A stretch of 64,000 bases of DNA from Alphaproteobacteria bacterium (GCA_965214705.1 CBDCCI010000001.1:630013-694012); one strand, 5' to 3'; positions 36,566 to 47,180 are shown, counted from the stretch's first letter. Notes: generated from the sequence alone by a model not told the origin. A program made the numbers and translations.

Positions 36566-36735
36566 GCATCGTCATCGACCTGCCCGACGAGATCAGCGAC
36601 GAGACCGCCGCCAGGATCCGCGACGTCCTCCATGAACTCGGCGACGCCTTCTACCAACTCGGCGGGGCAGTCGAAACCAGGTACGCCGGCCAGATCAGGC
36701 GATGTCGGGTCGGAGGAGGCGCCCCGCGAGGCTAG
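36562..36735 (+). CDS. small ORF (57 aa) coupled to the ATPase gene
   Basis: Its start shares an ATGA overlap with the ATPase stop. The product is MSIVIDLPDEISDETAARIRDVLHELGDAFYQL... The 3' end probably runs into group II intron sequence on the other strand. Confidence 0.35.
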   Translation: MSIVIDLPDEISDETAARIRDVLHELGDAFYQLGGAVETRYAGQIRRCRVGGGAPRG

Positions 36736-36768
36736 CCTCCGTCCGCCGCTCAAACGGCCCGTACGGTT
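36725..36768 (-). mobile_element. group II intron 1, 3' tail (3' half of domain V plus domain VI); 3' boundary approximate
   Basis: AACCGTACGGGCCGTTT completes the domain V helix that begins at 39435-39451. The exact 3' splice site was not determined. Confidence 0.5.
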
Positions 36769-36999
36769 TTGAACGAAGCCGCTACGCGGAGTTAGCGGCG
36801 TAGAGTTCATTCATTTCCGAGGCGTCGCGGGTGCCGTTTGTTCTGTGCGTTCGCTTCCCGGTTGCGTCAGTGGCGCTCCGCCCGTCGGGTGGCGGATCCC
36901 CAGCAGCCTCCCGATCACCAGTGGTTAGCATCGACCCCTGCGACGGACCGTCGCCGGATCGGTCCGGCGGCGCGCCGTCGCGATCCAGGGAGATCGATA

Positions 37000-37878
37000 A
37001 TGACCGGGACCGCGTGCGACACGAACACCGTCACCCCTCTTCGCCAGCGCATGGAGGAGCAGCTCCGCATCGCCAATCTGGCCGCGAGCACGTCCAAGGC
37101 CTACATCTGCGAGATCAAGAACCTGGCCAGGTACTACGACGCCTCGCCGGACGAGCTCGACGCCGAGCAGGTGCGCCAGTGGTACCTGGGGCGGATCGAC
37201 AAGGGGCTCAGTCCGGGCACGACCAACGTCTCCTTCGCCGCGCTGAACTTCCTCTACATCGACACACTCGGCTGGCCTGACCATGTCGCCGGCCTGCGCT
37301 CCCGCAAGAAGCCCGGCAAGCTGCCGCGCTACATGTCGGAGCAGGAGGTCGAGCACCTCATCCTTGCGACACCCGACCTCCGCCACCGTGCTGCCATTGT
37401 CACCGGCTATGGCGGCGGGCTCCGCATCTCCGAGACCTTGGCCATCAAGGTCGGCGACATCCTGTCGGAGAAGAAGCTGCTGCACATCCCCTCCGGCAAA
37501 GGCGGCACCGAGAGAATGGCACCGTTGCCGGACATCGTCATCCACTACTTGCGCGTCTACTACAGGAACATCTGGCCGCGTCCGACGAGCTGGCTCTTCT
37601 ACGGCGTCTCGCTCGACAGGCCCATCGCAACGGAGACCTTGCAGGCCGCCTTCAGGAGGGCGCGCGACATTGCCGAGCTCGACCGCAGCTACACCTTCCA
37701 TTGCCTGCGCCATTCGGCGGCGACCCATCTCCTCGAGCGCGGCGGCGATATCGAGGTGATCCGGGACATGCTCGGCCATCGAAGCGCGAACACGACCCGT
37801 CACTACGCCCGCGTCACCGGCAAGATGTTCGAGGGCCTCGACCACCCGATCTCAGGCTTCGCAGCGTTGCGCAACTGA
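37000..37878 (+). CDS. tyrosine recombinase of IS copy 4
   Basis: Its translation is identical to that of copy 1. Confidence 0.85.
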   Translation: MTGTACDTNTVTPLRQRMEEQLRIANLAASTSKAYICEIKNLARYYDASPDELDAEQVRQWYLGRIDKGLSPGTTNVSFAALNFLYIDTLGWPDHVAGLRSRKKPGKLPRYMSEQEVEHLILATPDLRHRAAIVTGYGGGLRISETLAIKVGDILSEKKLLHIPSGKGGTERMAPLPDIVIHYLRVYYRNIWPRPTSWLFYGVSLDRPIATETLQAAFRRARDIAELDRSYTFHCLRHSAATHLLERGGDIEVIRDMLGHRSANTTRHYARVTGKMFEGLDHPISGFAALRN

Positions 37879-37884
37879 CGGCGC

Positions 37885-39126
37885 GTGGAGGCCGAACGCG
37901 CGGGCGTGGCGGAGATCTTCCGCCGCGCCGGCGCCGCTTTCCGTGAGCGCCACAAAGGGCGCATCGACGCCGCCCGGCTCAAGGTCATGGGCGCCATCGA
38001 GGCGTGCCGCACCGCCGTGCTCGGCGGCCACATGTACGCCTGCGAGGGCTGCGGGCGCGAGCATCCGCTCTTCAACTCCTGCCGCAACCGCCACTGCCCC
38101 ACCTGCCAGGGTCTCGCCGCCAACCTCTGGAGCGAGGAGCGCGCCGGGGACATCCTGCCGGTGCCCTACTTCCATGTGGTCTTCACCCTGCCCAAGGAGG
38201 TTGCCGCCATTGCCTTCTGCAACCGCAGGGTGGTGTTCGACATCCTCTTCCGGGCCGTCGCCGAGACCCTGCGCACCATCGCCGCCGATCCCCGCCACGG
38301 CGGCATGCGCATCGGCGGCACCGCGGTCCTCCATACCTGGGATCAGAAGCTCCGCTTCCACCCGCACCTGCACGTGGTCGTGCCCAACGCGGGCTTCGAC
38401 GTAGACAGTGGCGAGTGGAAGACGGGGAGCACCACCTTCCTCGCCCCCGTCAAGGTCCTCGGCAGCCTGTTCCGCCGCCTCTTCCTCAAGGAGCTCGCCC
38501 GCGCCCACGGCCGGGGGGACCTGGAGTTCCACGGCACCCTCGCCCACCTCGCCAATCCCGGCGAGTTCCACGCCACGCTTGCCGCCGCCCGGGCCAGGGA
38601 CTGGGTGGTCTACGCCAAGCGGCCCTTCCGCGGGCCTGAGCAGGTCTTCCGGTACCTCTCGCACTACACGCACAGGATCGCCATCTCCGACAGCCGCATC
38701 GTCTCCTTCGACGGCGAGACGGTCTCCTTCCGCCACCGAAAGCCCAAGGCGCCGGGGCAGAGAAAGCCGCGCTACGGCATCGCCACCGTGAGCGCCGACG
38801 AGTTCATCCGCCGCTTCCTGAGGCACGTCCTGCCGGACGGCATGCACCGCATTCGCTACTTTGGCATCCTCGCCAACGGCTGCCGCGCCAGCACGCTGGA
38901 GAGAGCACGCCAGGCTCTCGGCGCCCTCGGCTGCGCCGCCCCCGAGGGAAGCGTGGACGGCGCTCAGGCCGAGCCCGACGAAGAGCCCGAGATCGGCACC
39001 GCGCCCGTGGCCTGCCCCCACTGCGGCGGCGTCATGCGCCTCGTCCGCGAAATCCGCCGCCGCCATGAGCCCCGCTCGACGCGCGGCCCGCCGGCGCTGC
39101 CGCCGACCCACAGGGGGAAACCGTGA
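37885..39126 (+). CDS. IS91-family transposase of IS copy 4
   Basis: Its translation is identical to that of copy 1. Confidence 0.9.
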   Translation: MEAERAGVAEIFRRAGAAFRERHKGRIDAARLKVMGAIEACRTAVLGGHMYACEGCGREHPLFNSCRNRHCPTCQGLAANLWSEERAGDILPVPYFHVVFTLPKEVAAIAFCNRRVVFDILFRAVAETLRTIAADPRHGGMRIGGTAVLHTWDQKLRFHPHLHVVVPNAGFDVDSGEWKTGSTTFLAPVKVLGSLFRRLFLKELARAHGRGDLEFHGTLAHLANPGEFHATLAAARARDWVVYAKRPFRGPEQVFRYLSHYTHRIAISDSRIVSFDGETVSFRHRKPKAPGQRKPRYGIATVSADEFIRRFLRHVLPDGMHRIRYFGILANGCRASTLERARQALGALGCAAPEGSVDGAQAEPDEEPEIGTAPVACPHCGGVMRLVREIRRRHEPRSTRGPPALPPTHRGKP

Positions 39127-39434
39127 GACGCCCGCTCGCTTCGGCCCCGCGCAACGGCGCCAAAGCGCCGACGCACGACCGAACCTGTCTCCGCTTGAGC
39201 CGGGCTGACAGCCCTCGGCTCACACCCCGCTCAGTCCTCGCAGCGTGCGCCCGCATGCCTGCCGAAAGACCGGCGCGAGCGTCGATTTTATGCGCAACTC
39301 TGCTGCCGGTGGATGCCGCCTGACGCTGACATCAGCGCACTTTCCACATAGCTCAACTTCGCCTCTCGTGGCCCGCGGCTTCGTTCAAAAGGGTTGGGCA
39401 GGCTCTCGAGAGAGAGCCTGCCCAACCCTTAACC

Positions 39435-41393
39435 TTCCCGTAAGCCGCTTTCACAAAGGTGTCTCAACGAAGGTTCAAGGACGGAACCAGTGAGATCAGG
39501 CGAACAAGCCCGTATTCGTCGATCAGCTTGCGCTCCGGCAACTGTTTCCAGCCAGCGTTGCGCCAGCGCTTGCGACGATGCGACCAGAGCCGCCGCACGA
39601 TCCAGCCGTCAAGCTGGTGGAAGAGCCCGCGGACGTGGGCCTTGCAATAGTATTGGCCCCATCCCCGAATGATCGGGTTGATCTCGTCAATCAGCTCCTG
39701 CGTGCTGACAGGAGCCTTGCGCCGGGTACGCTGGCGAATCTGGTCCTTGAAGTGCCGGATGGATTTCTCACGCGGAACCGCGTAGCGCGCTCCCCCGCGA
39801 ACCCCGCTCTTGATCTTGGAGGACGACAGCCGGAGAGGCCGCTCGCCCTGCTTGATCTTGTAGCCGAGGAACTCAAACCCGTGCCTGACATGGACAATGC
39901 GGGTCTTCCCGGCGTTGAGGGACACACCCAGCTTTGCCAGAATCCGCCTGGCCGTCTCCAGTGCTGCGCGGGCTTCCCCGCGTGTGCGGCACGTGATCAG
40001 CCAATCATCGGCGTATCGCGTTAGTCGATAGCCGCGACGACGCATTTCCCAATCGAACGGGGTCAGCAAGATATTGCTGAGCAGCGGTGAAACGATGCCG
40101 CCCTGCGGAGTGCCCTGTTCGGTCGGCAGCCTCTTACCGTCGGCCACCACCCCGGCCGTGAGCATCTGCCTGAGCAGACCTAATACCCGGCCATCCGAGA
40201 CTCGCTGGTTGACGAGTTCGAGGAGCTTTTCGTGGTCCACGGACCCGAAAAAGTCTTTCAAATCCGCATCGAGAACCCACTCGTTGCCCTCGTCCAGTTC
40301 CCTCCATATCTTGCGTAACGCTCCATGGGCAGACCTTCCTTGCCGGTACCCGTAGTTGGCATCGTCGAACACCGGCTCGAAGATCGGTTCCAGCCGGTTC
40401 AGCAGCGCCTGCTGGCACACCCGGTCGTAGATTGTCGGGATGCCGAGCGGGCGGAACTTCCCCGGCTGGCCCGCCTTGGGGATCAGGCATTGGAGAACCG
40501 GCTGCGGGTGATACTCACCGTCCCGCAACTCCCGGTGCAGGCGATCGAGATTTGCATCCAGCGATGCCTCGAACGCCGCTAAATCCTCTCCGTCCACGCC
40601 ACCGGCACCCCGGTTGCGCTTCACCTTTTCCCAGGCCACCTCAAGGTTCTTCCGCTTGTACACCTTGTCCACCAGTGAGTGGACCTTCCTGTCACCCGCC
40701 GGGTTGATCCAGTCGATGAGTCTCCTCGGGCCATGATGTCCGGGTCTTTCGCTCAAGGAACTTGTCCGCGTCATGGTCCTTACTCACTCATCGCTGTCTC
40801 TCGCCGACCACCTCTGCCAACCGCCTTCCCCGGCCCACACGGCCGCCGCTCGCGCGGTCACCCGGCTTTCGCCGGGCTTCAGGTACTATTCGGTTGTCCG
40901 ATTGCTCGCCGCGCATCCTTTCCCATTTCGCCTTTCGGCTTATAGGGTCCGTTATCCCGGTGCCACCCGGGAACGCGGCGAGCCCTCCTGGGGTCACGTC
41001 CAGATCTTCCGTACCGTGCCGCTCGCAAACACCTTGGTGCGACGGGTGGGTAAGAACGCCTTCGCCGCCATAGTGCCGGCTCGACCTTGCCCCGTCTTTG
41101 GCCGACCGATTCATCATGGGGTGGCCCCCTCGATTACGGCCCGGTACTTCTCCGCAAGCCCTTCAGATTCCACCTCGCGGTGGACACCCTGCCTTCCGGT
41201 TGTCTTTCGACAGTGGACCAACTTAGCTCCTCCCTTGGCTGTCTCCGCCGTTTCCGGCTTCGTGCCCGTTTAGAGTTTCGCTTATCGGCTCACTCCGGCC
41301 AGTGAGGAATTACCCCCACTTTTGGATATGGCGCCCCTTACCCGAGCGCCAGTGGGACTTGAACCCACCTGATCTGGGCGCTGCCCAGCACAC
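39435..41393 (-). mobile_element. group II intron 1, main body (domains I-IV and 5' half of domain V); 5' boundary uncertain
   Basis: It encodes an RT/maturase ORF. The upstream ribozyme-like sequence includes GCGCCCAGATCAGGTGGG (similar to the Ll.LtrB 5' region GTGCGCCCAGATAGGGTG), GAAGCCGGAAACGGC and TGAAGCCCGGCGAAAGCCGGG. Downstream of the ORF lies AAGCGGCTTACGGGAA, the 5' half of domain V with its AGC triad. Confidence 0.7.
39464..40774 (-). CDS. group II intron reverse transcriptase/maturase
   Basis: 436 aa. RT motifs include PKAGQPGKFRPLGIPTIYDRVCQQA, DADLKDFFGSVDH, GTPQGGIVSPLLSNI and RYADDWLI. A maturase (X) region follows. Confidence 0.9.
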   Translation of the reverse strand: MTRTSSLSERPGHHGPRRLIDWINPAGDRKVHSLVDKVYKRKNLEVAWEKVKRNRGAGGVDGEDLAAFEASLDANLDRLHRELRDGEYHPQPVLQCLIPKAGQPGKFRPLGIPTIYDRVCQQALLNRLEPIFEPVFDDANYGYRQGRSAHGALRKIWRELDEGNEWVLDADLKDFFGSVDHEKLLELVNQRVSDGRVLGLLRQMLTAGVVADGKRLPTEQGTPQGGIVSPLLSNILLTPFDWEMRRRGYRLTRYADDWLITCRTRGEARAALETARRILAKLGVSLNAGKTRIVHVRHGFEFLGYKIKQGERPLRLSSSKIKSGVRGGARYAVPREKSIRHFKDQIRQRTRRKAPVSTQELIDEINPIIRGWGQYYCKAHVRGLFHQLDGWIVRRLWSHRRKRWRNAGWKQLPERKLIDEYGLVRLISLVPSLNLR

Positions 41394-41710
41394 ACTACGA
41401 GCCCGACTGCCCGCCGCCCCTCGACGACGGGGAACAACTGCCGCTGTTCCCGGAGTTGGATACCCCGTTCTGAGACGCCCGCGCGGCCGAGTGCGCAGCA
41501 GTGGCCGGCACCGACCATGGTGCCGCCACCGCTCGTTCCCGTTCCCTGAAGCCCCTGAGCGTCGCGGGCAGCCTCGTCCCAACCAGCAGGACCAAACCAT
41601 CCGTTCAACCCTCAAGGGGCGAACGGATATGCGTCGTCGCAGCTTGCTCATCGATCCGGAAAAGCCGGATCTATCCGAGAAATCCGCGCCTCCGGCGCTC
41701 AAATCAATCC

Positions 41711-43243
41711 GGCAAAGCCGTCGTCATATTGCGTGCGAAACAACACCTCGGCTCGCGGGTTCTGGGGCTTTGCGCGCGGCGGCTTGCACGCGACTGGCCG
41801 GCCCGCTTCGGCCATCCTCTCCTGATGCTGGAGACCTTCGTAGATTCGACGAGGTTCCGGGGCACGGTCTACCGCTCGGCAGGCTGGCTCGCGGTGGGCC
41901 AGACCCGCGGCTTCCGGCGCTACCGCAGTGGCTATGTCGCCGGCTCGACGCCGAAGCTTGTGTTCCTGCGCCCGCTTGTTGCCGACGCCTGCCGCCGGCT
42001 GTCCGCCGCCAGGCTGGATCCGGAACTGTGGAAGAAAGGAGTTCCGAGAACCATGATCAGTGCCGCTCAGCAAGAGTCTCTCTATGCCTTCTTCAAGGAC
42101 ATCGACGACCCGCGCACGCGCAAGGGGCGGCGGCATTCGTTGCCCAGCGTACTGGCACTTGCGAGTGGCGCGACGCTCTGCGGGATGCGTGGCTGGAAGG
42201 CGATCTCCGAGTGGGTCGACGATCTCGGTGAGAAGGCGCTGGCGCGCTTCGGCGTGCGGCTGCGCGACGGGGTGCGCCTGCCGCCTTCCATGTCGACGAT
42301 CCGCAACGTGGTGATCCGGGTGGACCCGGGCCAGCTGGATGAGGCATTGCGCAAGTGGCACGAGGCCCACGGCGGCGACGACGGGGCACTGGCCATCGAC
42401 GGCAAGACGCTGAAGGGTGCCATCGACGAGGACGGTGTGATGGCGCACATCATGAGCGCGGTCGGGCACGACACGACGGCCACGGTCGCGCAAAAAAAGT
42501 CGGCTTGAAGGCGGGGGCCGACGACGAGACGAAGCGCACCAACGAGATCGGCACCGTGGAGGCGCTGATGGATTTGATCCCGGACATCTGCTCCAAGACG
42601 GTCACGGCGGACGCACTGTTGACCCAACGCAAGTTCGCCCGCTACCTCCTCGGGCGCGGAGCGCACTACGTGTTCATCGTCAAGGGCAACCAGAAGACCC
42701 TGCTCGACGACGTGACGCTGGCCTTCGAAACGGCGCCGGCACGTGAGCCCGACTTCGAGGAGGAGGCCTCGCTGGCGCACGGACGCATCGAGCAGCGGGC
42801 GATCTGGACGACGACGGCGTTGAACGACTATCTGAACTTCCCGGGGGTCGGCCAAACCTTCATGATCGAGCGCTCCCGGCAGGACAAGAAGAGCGGCGAG
42901 ATCGGCACCGAAATCGCCTACGGGCTGACCAGCCACACGCCCGACAGCGCCAAGCGCGCAGAGCCTGCTCGCCCTCAACCGAGGCCACTGGTGCATCGAG
43001 AACTCCTCGCACCACTGCCTGGACTGGACCTGGGATGAGGACCGAAGCCGCATCCGCTCAGGCTTCGGCCCCGAGAACATGACCCGCCTGCGCCGCTTCG
43101 CCATCGGCCTGATCAAGGGACGCGGGCTCGAGGTCGCCCCGACCGTGCGCAGGCTCGCCCGCAATGTTCGCGCCGTCCTCGACCTCCTCAAGATGACCGG
43201 AAACACCCGGCCGAGGACCTCAAAGCCCGCAGCGCCAGCCTGA
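41711..43243 (+). pseudogene. ISAs1-family transposase with DUF4338-like N-terminus; 5' truncated and frameshifted twice
   Basis: GHPLLMLETFVDSTRFRGTVYRSAGW (DUF4338-like), then FFKDIDDPRTRKGRRHSLPSVLAL...AIDGKTL, ...TADALLTQRKFARYL...HYVFIVKGNQ and ...LNRGHWCIENSSHHCLDWTWDEDRSR appear in three frames. The shifts are at an A7 run (42492-42498) and near 42962. Confidence 0.75.
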
Positions 43244-43911
43244 GCCGTAGCGCCCGGCGAGCCGGGCCGCCACGATCATGGCCGTCCCCGCTTCCGACCC
43301 CGCCGGCGGCGCGATCCGTCATGAAGGGGGGCCGGAACATCACGCCGGCGACGCCCACAGGATGCTGCGAGAAACCGCCGCCCCGAGCCGGATCTGCGCC
43401 GAAGCGCCTGCAAATGCCGCACGAAACGAGACCCGCACGCCCCTTACCGAAAACTCAGCAGCCTACCAACCCCATGGACGAATTTGCCCTGATGCACTCG
43501 CTGATAACACGCACAAAAGCCGCGCAAGCTCGGGGGTCTGCGGCGCGGCGAAGGGCTCGCATCCGAGTGTGCGGGCCGTCCATGCAGTCGCCGGGTCAGA
43601 TCCAAACGAGACCGTCCTTGCCTTTCCGATCTCGCCTCGTGGTCTCCGGCCGCGACGGCGCGGGCGACGCCGCGCCGTGCTTTGCGCCCGACCCCAACCA
43701 ATTGCCGCTCGGCGTGTGCCTCGCGCGGCACGTCCCATGGATCGAGAACGGCGCGCCCATGTCGTCACCTCCATGAACCGCCCTGGCTGCTACCAACCGG
43801 AGCGACAGTTGTTGGGCGGGATTCGCACCCGCTGAAAGAGAGCGCCTTTCCACGGCGCACTGCCAACTTGGGTTGAGTTCGGTGTCGAGTTCGTTGGGGT
43901 ATCCGTCGCTC

Positions 43912-46146
43912 TCAGCCTGCGGCTCGATGGCGGCCGGCGGGAACGAAGTCAGGGTCATTCGGTGTCGTTGGGAGGGTGCGTCCATTCCATCGGATCTGGG
44001 ATGACCATTCCTGCCAGGCGCTGCAGTCCCCCGAGTGGCGGCAGGCCCTGATGCGGTATCGGAAGGGTCCGGCGGGGACGATCAAGGTGCTCTGGCCGGT
44101 GTCATAGGCGTAGAGGATGGTGCGCCAAGCGTTCGGCGTGGCTAACTGCGCAATTTGGTGGTAGCCGGCGCCGGGCGAGGTGCGCCAGCGGAGCTCCAGG
44201 CGGCCGTCGGCAAGCCGCTGAGCAGCAAGGGCGTCCGGCGGCGCGAGCGGTTCGGCAAACACCGGCCGGCCGGGGGCAAGCGCGCGAGCCCGCGTGAAAT
44301 GGCGGCTGGCACGCTCTTCGTAGTTCGGATCGGTCGCCGCGGTGGCGCGGTAGAGCCGCGCGAGTTCGCGTGCGATGACCCAATTCGAAGGCTCGGTGCG
44401 CACGGCCTCTTCGGCCATGTGTTCCACCCGTTTGTGCAGGGCCGCCGCGAGCGCGGGATTGCGGGCGTGCAACTCCGGCCAGATTCGGGCGAGTTCCGCG
44501 ATGAGGTGCTGGCGGTAGGTGTTGGCAAGGGGGGGGAAGCCCCTGATGCCGGCCAATGTGGCCACTAAAGGGGCATGCGGGGCGATGCGGTAGGCATCGG
44601 CCGCGCCAAGGATGGACTGGTTAACCCATATCCCTGAGAACGCGAGGGCGACGGCGGTGGCGGCGAAGACGCCGCGCGCCTTGCGGCAGGCGAGCAGTGC
44701 TGCGCTACGCGCAATCTGCACCGACAGTCCGTGCGGCAGACGGGGACGCCAGCCATGCGGCAGGGCCGCCTCCTCGAGCCGGACCGCAAAGGCGAGGAGG
44801 ACAGTGCTGAGCAGCGAGCCGGCGGCGGTGTCGAACAGGGTCTGAATCTGCACGAGGTATCCAAAGAGCGCAGCGGCGGCAAACACTGTTTGCCTGCAAT
44901 CCGGCGGCTCCATGGCAAAGGCGGCGCGCAGCAGCACCACCAGCGCAAGGCCCCAGAGCGCGAGCCACACCACCAGCCCGGCGGCGCCTGTGGTCGCTGC
45001 CGCTTCGAACACCTTGCCGTGAGCATAGTCGTGGGGCTGGCCGGTTGCCGCGAAGCCGGAAGCGAATCGGCCGAACACGGCCAGGAAATTCTCCGGGCCC
45101 CAACCGAGCAGCGGGCGCTCCGCGAAGCCCTCGATCGCCGCTTCCCAGGCACCGAGCCGGCTCTGCACGTTCGGTTGCTGGAGGTGAACCCCGACCACGT
45201 GGCTCAAGGCTCCGGCGGCGTTCGAATGCTCGGCCGCGGCGGGGTTCCACGAGACCACTTCAGTGCGTTCGGCATCGAAGAAGCGCTGACCGAGCACCAT
45301 GACGGCGACCACCATCACCGCGATCACTGCGATGGCGGCAAGGCGGCGCCACCCGCGGGCTATCCAGGCGAAGGCCAGCGCCGCGAAACCGGCGGCGGAG
45401 CCCAGGCCGGAGAAGGCGCCGGCCGAGCCCGCGAGGACGAGCGCCGCGAGATGCGCTGCCGCGGCGGCCGCCCATGCGGCCGCCGCCCAACAGCGCCACT
45501 GCACGGGAGCGGCGTCGATTGCCGGGGTCAGGGCACGGGCGGCCAAGCCCACCGCGAGCATCAGGTTAGCGAGCAGGTGCACGCCGAGAATAAGCGGGTT
45601 GCCGAGCGGGCCGCCCAGGCGCGGCGAGTGCGACTCGGGCAACCGCCCGAAGAACGGAACCTCGAGATCGAGAGCGCGGGCGATGACCAAGCACGCCATC
45701 GCCGCTCCCGAAACGACGCTCGCCGCCAGCAGCGTCCGCCACTCGTGGGGCGAGCGCAGCAGCGACGTAAGCACCACCGCGAGCGCCGCCCAGTGGGCTT
45801 GGTCGAGGACGCCCTGCATGCGCTCGTAGGTAGACCAGAGGCTGCGCTGCGGGCTGACCCCGCACGAAGCAGAGAGAAGTAGGACGCCGATCCAAACACC
45901 CAGCAGCAGCAGCAGCCACGACTGCGGAGGGCGATAGCCGCGGCGCGTGAGAGCCAACACCGCCCACAGGGCGAATGCGATCTCGATCAGCGAGCGCGAC
46001 CACAGCGCCTTGCCGACGACGAACGGGTACACCGTGCCGGGGGTGACCACGAAGGGGGTGAGGAGCAGTAGTCCGAGCGCGCAGAAGAGCGCACCACGCA
46101 GTCCCCGCTCCCAGCCGGTAGCGGACGAGTCGGCGGACCTCTTCAC
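43912..46146 (-). CDS. O-antigen ligase/polymerase family membrane protein with extended C-terminal domain
   Basis: 744 aa with at least 10 hydrophobic helices. The Wzy_C-like region reads RLGAWEAAIEGFAERPLLGWGPENF...HDYAHGKVFEAAATTG. The C-terminal roughly 250 aa is soluble. Confidence 0.8.
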   Translation of the reverse strand: MKRSADSSATGWERGLRGALFCALGLLLLTPFVVTPGTVYPFVVGKALWSRSLIEIAFALWAVLALTRRGYRPPQSWLLLLLGVWIGVLLLSASCGVSPQRSLWSTYERMQGVLDQAHWAALAVVLTSLLRSPHEWRTLLAASVVSGAAMACLVIARALDLEVPFFGRLPESHSPRLGGPLGNPLILGVHLLANLMLAVGLAARALTPAIDAAPVQWRCWAAAAWAAAAAAHLAALVLAGSAGAFSGLGSAAGFAALAFAWIARGWRRLAAIAVIAVMVVAVMVLGQRFFDAERTEVVSWNPAAAEHSNAAGALSHVVGVHLQQPNVQSRLGAWEAAIEGFAERPLLGWGPENFLAVFGRFASGFAATGQPHDYAHGKVFEAAATTGAAGLVVWLALWGLALVVLLRAAFAMEPPDCRQTVFAAAALFGYLVQIQTLFDTAAGSLLSTVLLAFAVRLEEAALPHGWRPRLPHGLSVQIARSAALLACRKARGVFAATAVALAFSGIWVNQSILGAADAYRIAPHAPLVATLAGIRGFPPLANTYRQHLIAELARIWPELHARNPALAAALHKRVEHMAEEAVRTEPSNWVIARELARLYRATAATDPNYEERASRHFTRARALAPGRPVFAEPLAPPDALAAQRLADGRLELRWRTSPGAGYHQIAQLATPNAWRTILYAYDTGQSTLIVPAGPFRYRIRACRHSGDCSAWQEWSSQIRWNGRTLPTTPNDPDFVPAGRHRAAG

Positions 46147-46457
46147 GGAAGCGGGCGTGGCCCGGCCGGCGGCGGAGAAGCCGGTGCGGGATCCCCGCTC
46201 AGTCTAGAAAAGTAACTGCCCAGGTTGTCTGGTTTTCCACTTGTGGTCAGTGGGTTGATGCGCGCCTCGTTGTGAACTGGCGCGAGGGGGTTGACGGGCA
46301 TTTCGGGACATGACTCGTAACTACCCAGGTACCCCGATCCTGAGTTGACGCCGGTGATTATAGCGGTGGCGGTGGTCTGGTTCTGGCACCGTGATTGGCT
46401 CTTGACCTTATAGAGTTGCGGGACTATGGACTGCCTCTCGCGTGACGGGAGCAGTCG

Positions 46458-47122
46458 ATGGGGTGTTTCGGTTCGAAGGCGACGGCTGGTCTGTGCCAGG
46501 CGCTGATTGCGCTGATGCCGCCGCACTCCGTCTACATCGAAAGCCACTTGGGGGCGGGGCGCTGATGAAGCGCAAGCCGGCGGCCGTGCGCTCGATCGGC
46601 ATCGACCGCGATGCGCAGGCGCTTGAGGCCTTCGTCTGCGATTACCCGGTCGATCTGGTGCACGGCTGTGCCCATGAGTTCCTGGCCTCGTTCCCGTTCC
46701 TGGGCCCGGAGCTGGTTTACAGCGATCCACCCTATCTGCACGCGACCCGCCGCTCCTCGCAGCGCTACCGCTTCGAGTACGAGGAGGCCGACCACGTCGC
46801 GCTTCTCAAACTGCTCAAGGCTCTGCCCTGCCAGGTCATGATCTCGGGCCATCCGTCGGCGCTCTATGACGAGGTGCTGGCGGGATGGCGCCGGCTGGCG
46901 CTGCAGGTCACGACCCAGGGTCTGGTGCGGACCGAGGTCGTCTGGTTCAACTTCGCCCCCGACCGGGTGCATTGGGCCAGCCACGCAGGCCGGAACTTCA
47001 CCGACCGCCAGCGCATCAAGCGCAAGGCAGCCAACTGGGGCCGACGCTACCGGGCCTTGCCGCCGGGCGAACGCCTCGCCGTGCTCGCCGCCATGATGGC
47101 CGTCGAGGCCGAAAACACGTGA
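46458..47122 (+). pseudogene. Dam-like (D12 class) N6-adenine DNA methyltransferase with one frameshift
   Basis: The N-terminus MGCFGSKATAGLCQALIALMPPHSVYIESHLG is in one frame. GGGALMKRKPAA...VYSDPPYL (DPPY motif)...MISGHPSALYDE follows in the next frame. The shift is at the G-run TTGGGGGCGGGG near 46547-46558. Confidence 0.7.
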
Positions 47123-47180
47123 CGGTGTCGCACTGGCACGAGGACCTCGCCGCCCGTGACGAGGCCTTCTCTGCTTGAAG

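Larger units (their letters stand above)
36769..39434 (+). mobile_element. IS91-family element with tyrosine recombinase, copy 4 (2,666 bp)
   Basis: It has the same ends as copy 1. It carries one synonymous difference (T at 38862). Confidence 0.9.

Noticed and set aside
41340-41400. tRNA-like T-arm (GGTGGGTTCAAGTCCCAC flanked by AGCGCC/GGCGCT) on the minus strand.
   Set aside because: There is no D-arm or anticodon arm and no CCA. The segment aligns with the conserved 5' region of group II introns (GCGCCCAGAT...), so it is part of intron domain I.
43250-43911. ORFs of 95-185 aa between the ISAs1 pseudogene and the O-antigen ligase gene.
   Set aside because: They show no motifs, have biased Arg/Pro composition, and overlap one another in several frames. 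They may be degraded coding sequence, but I cannot support a call.
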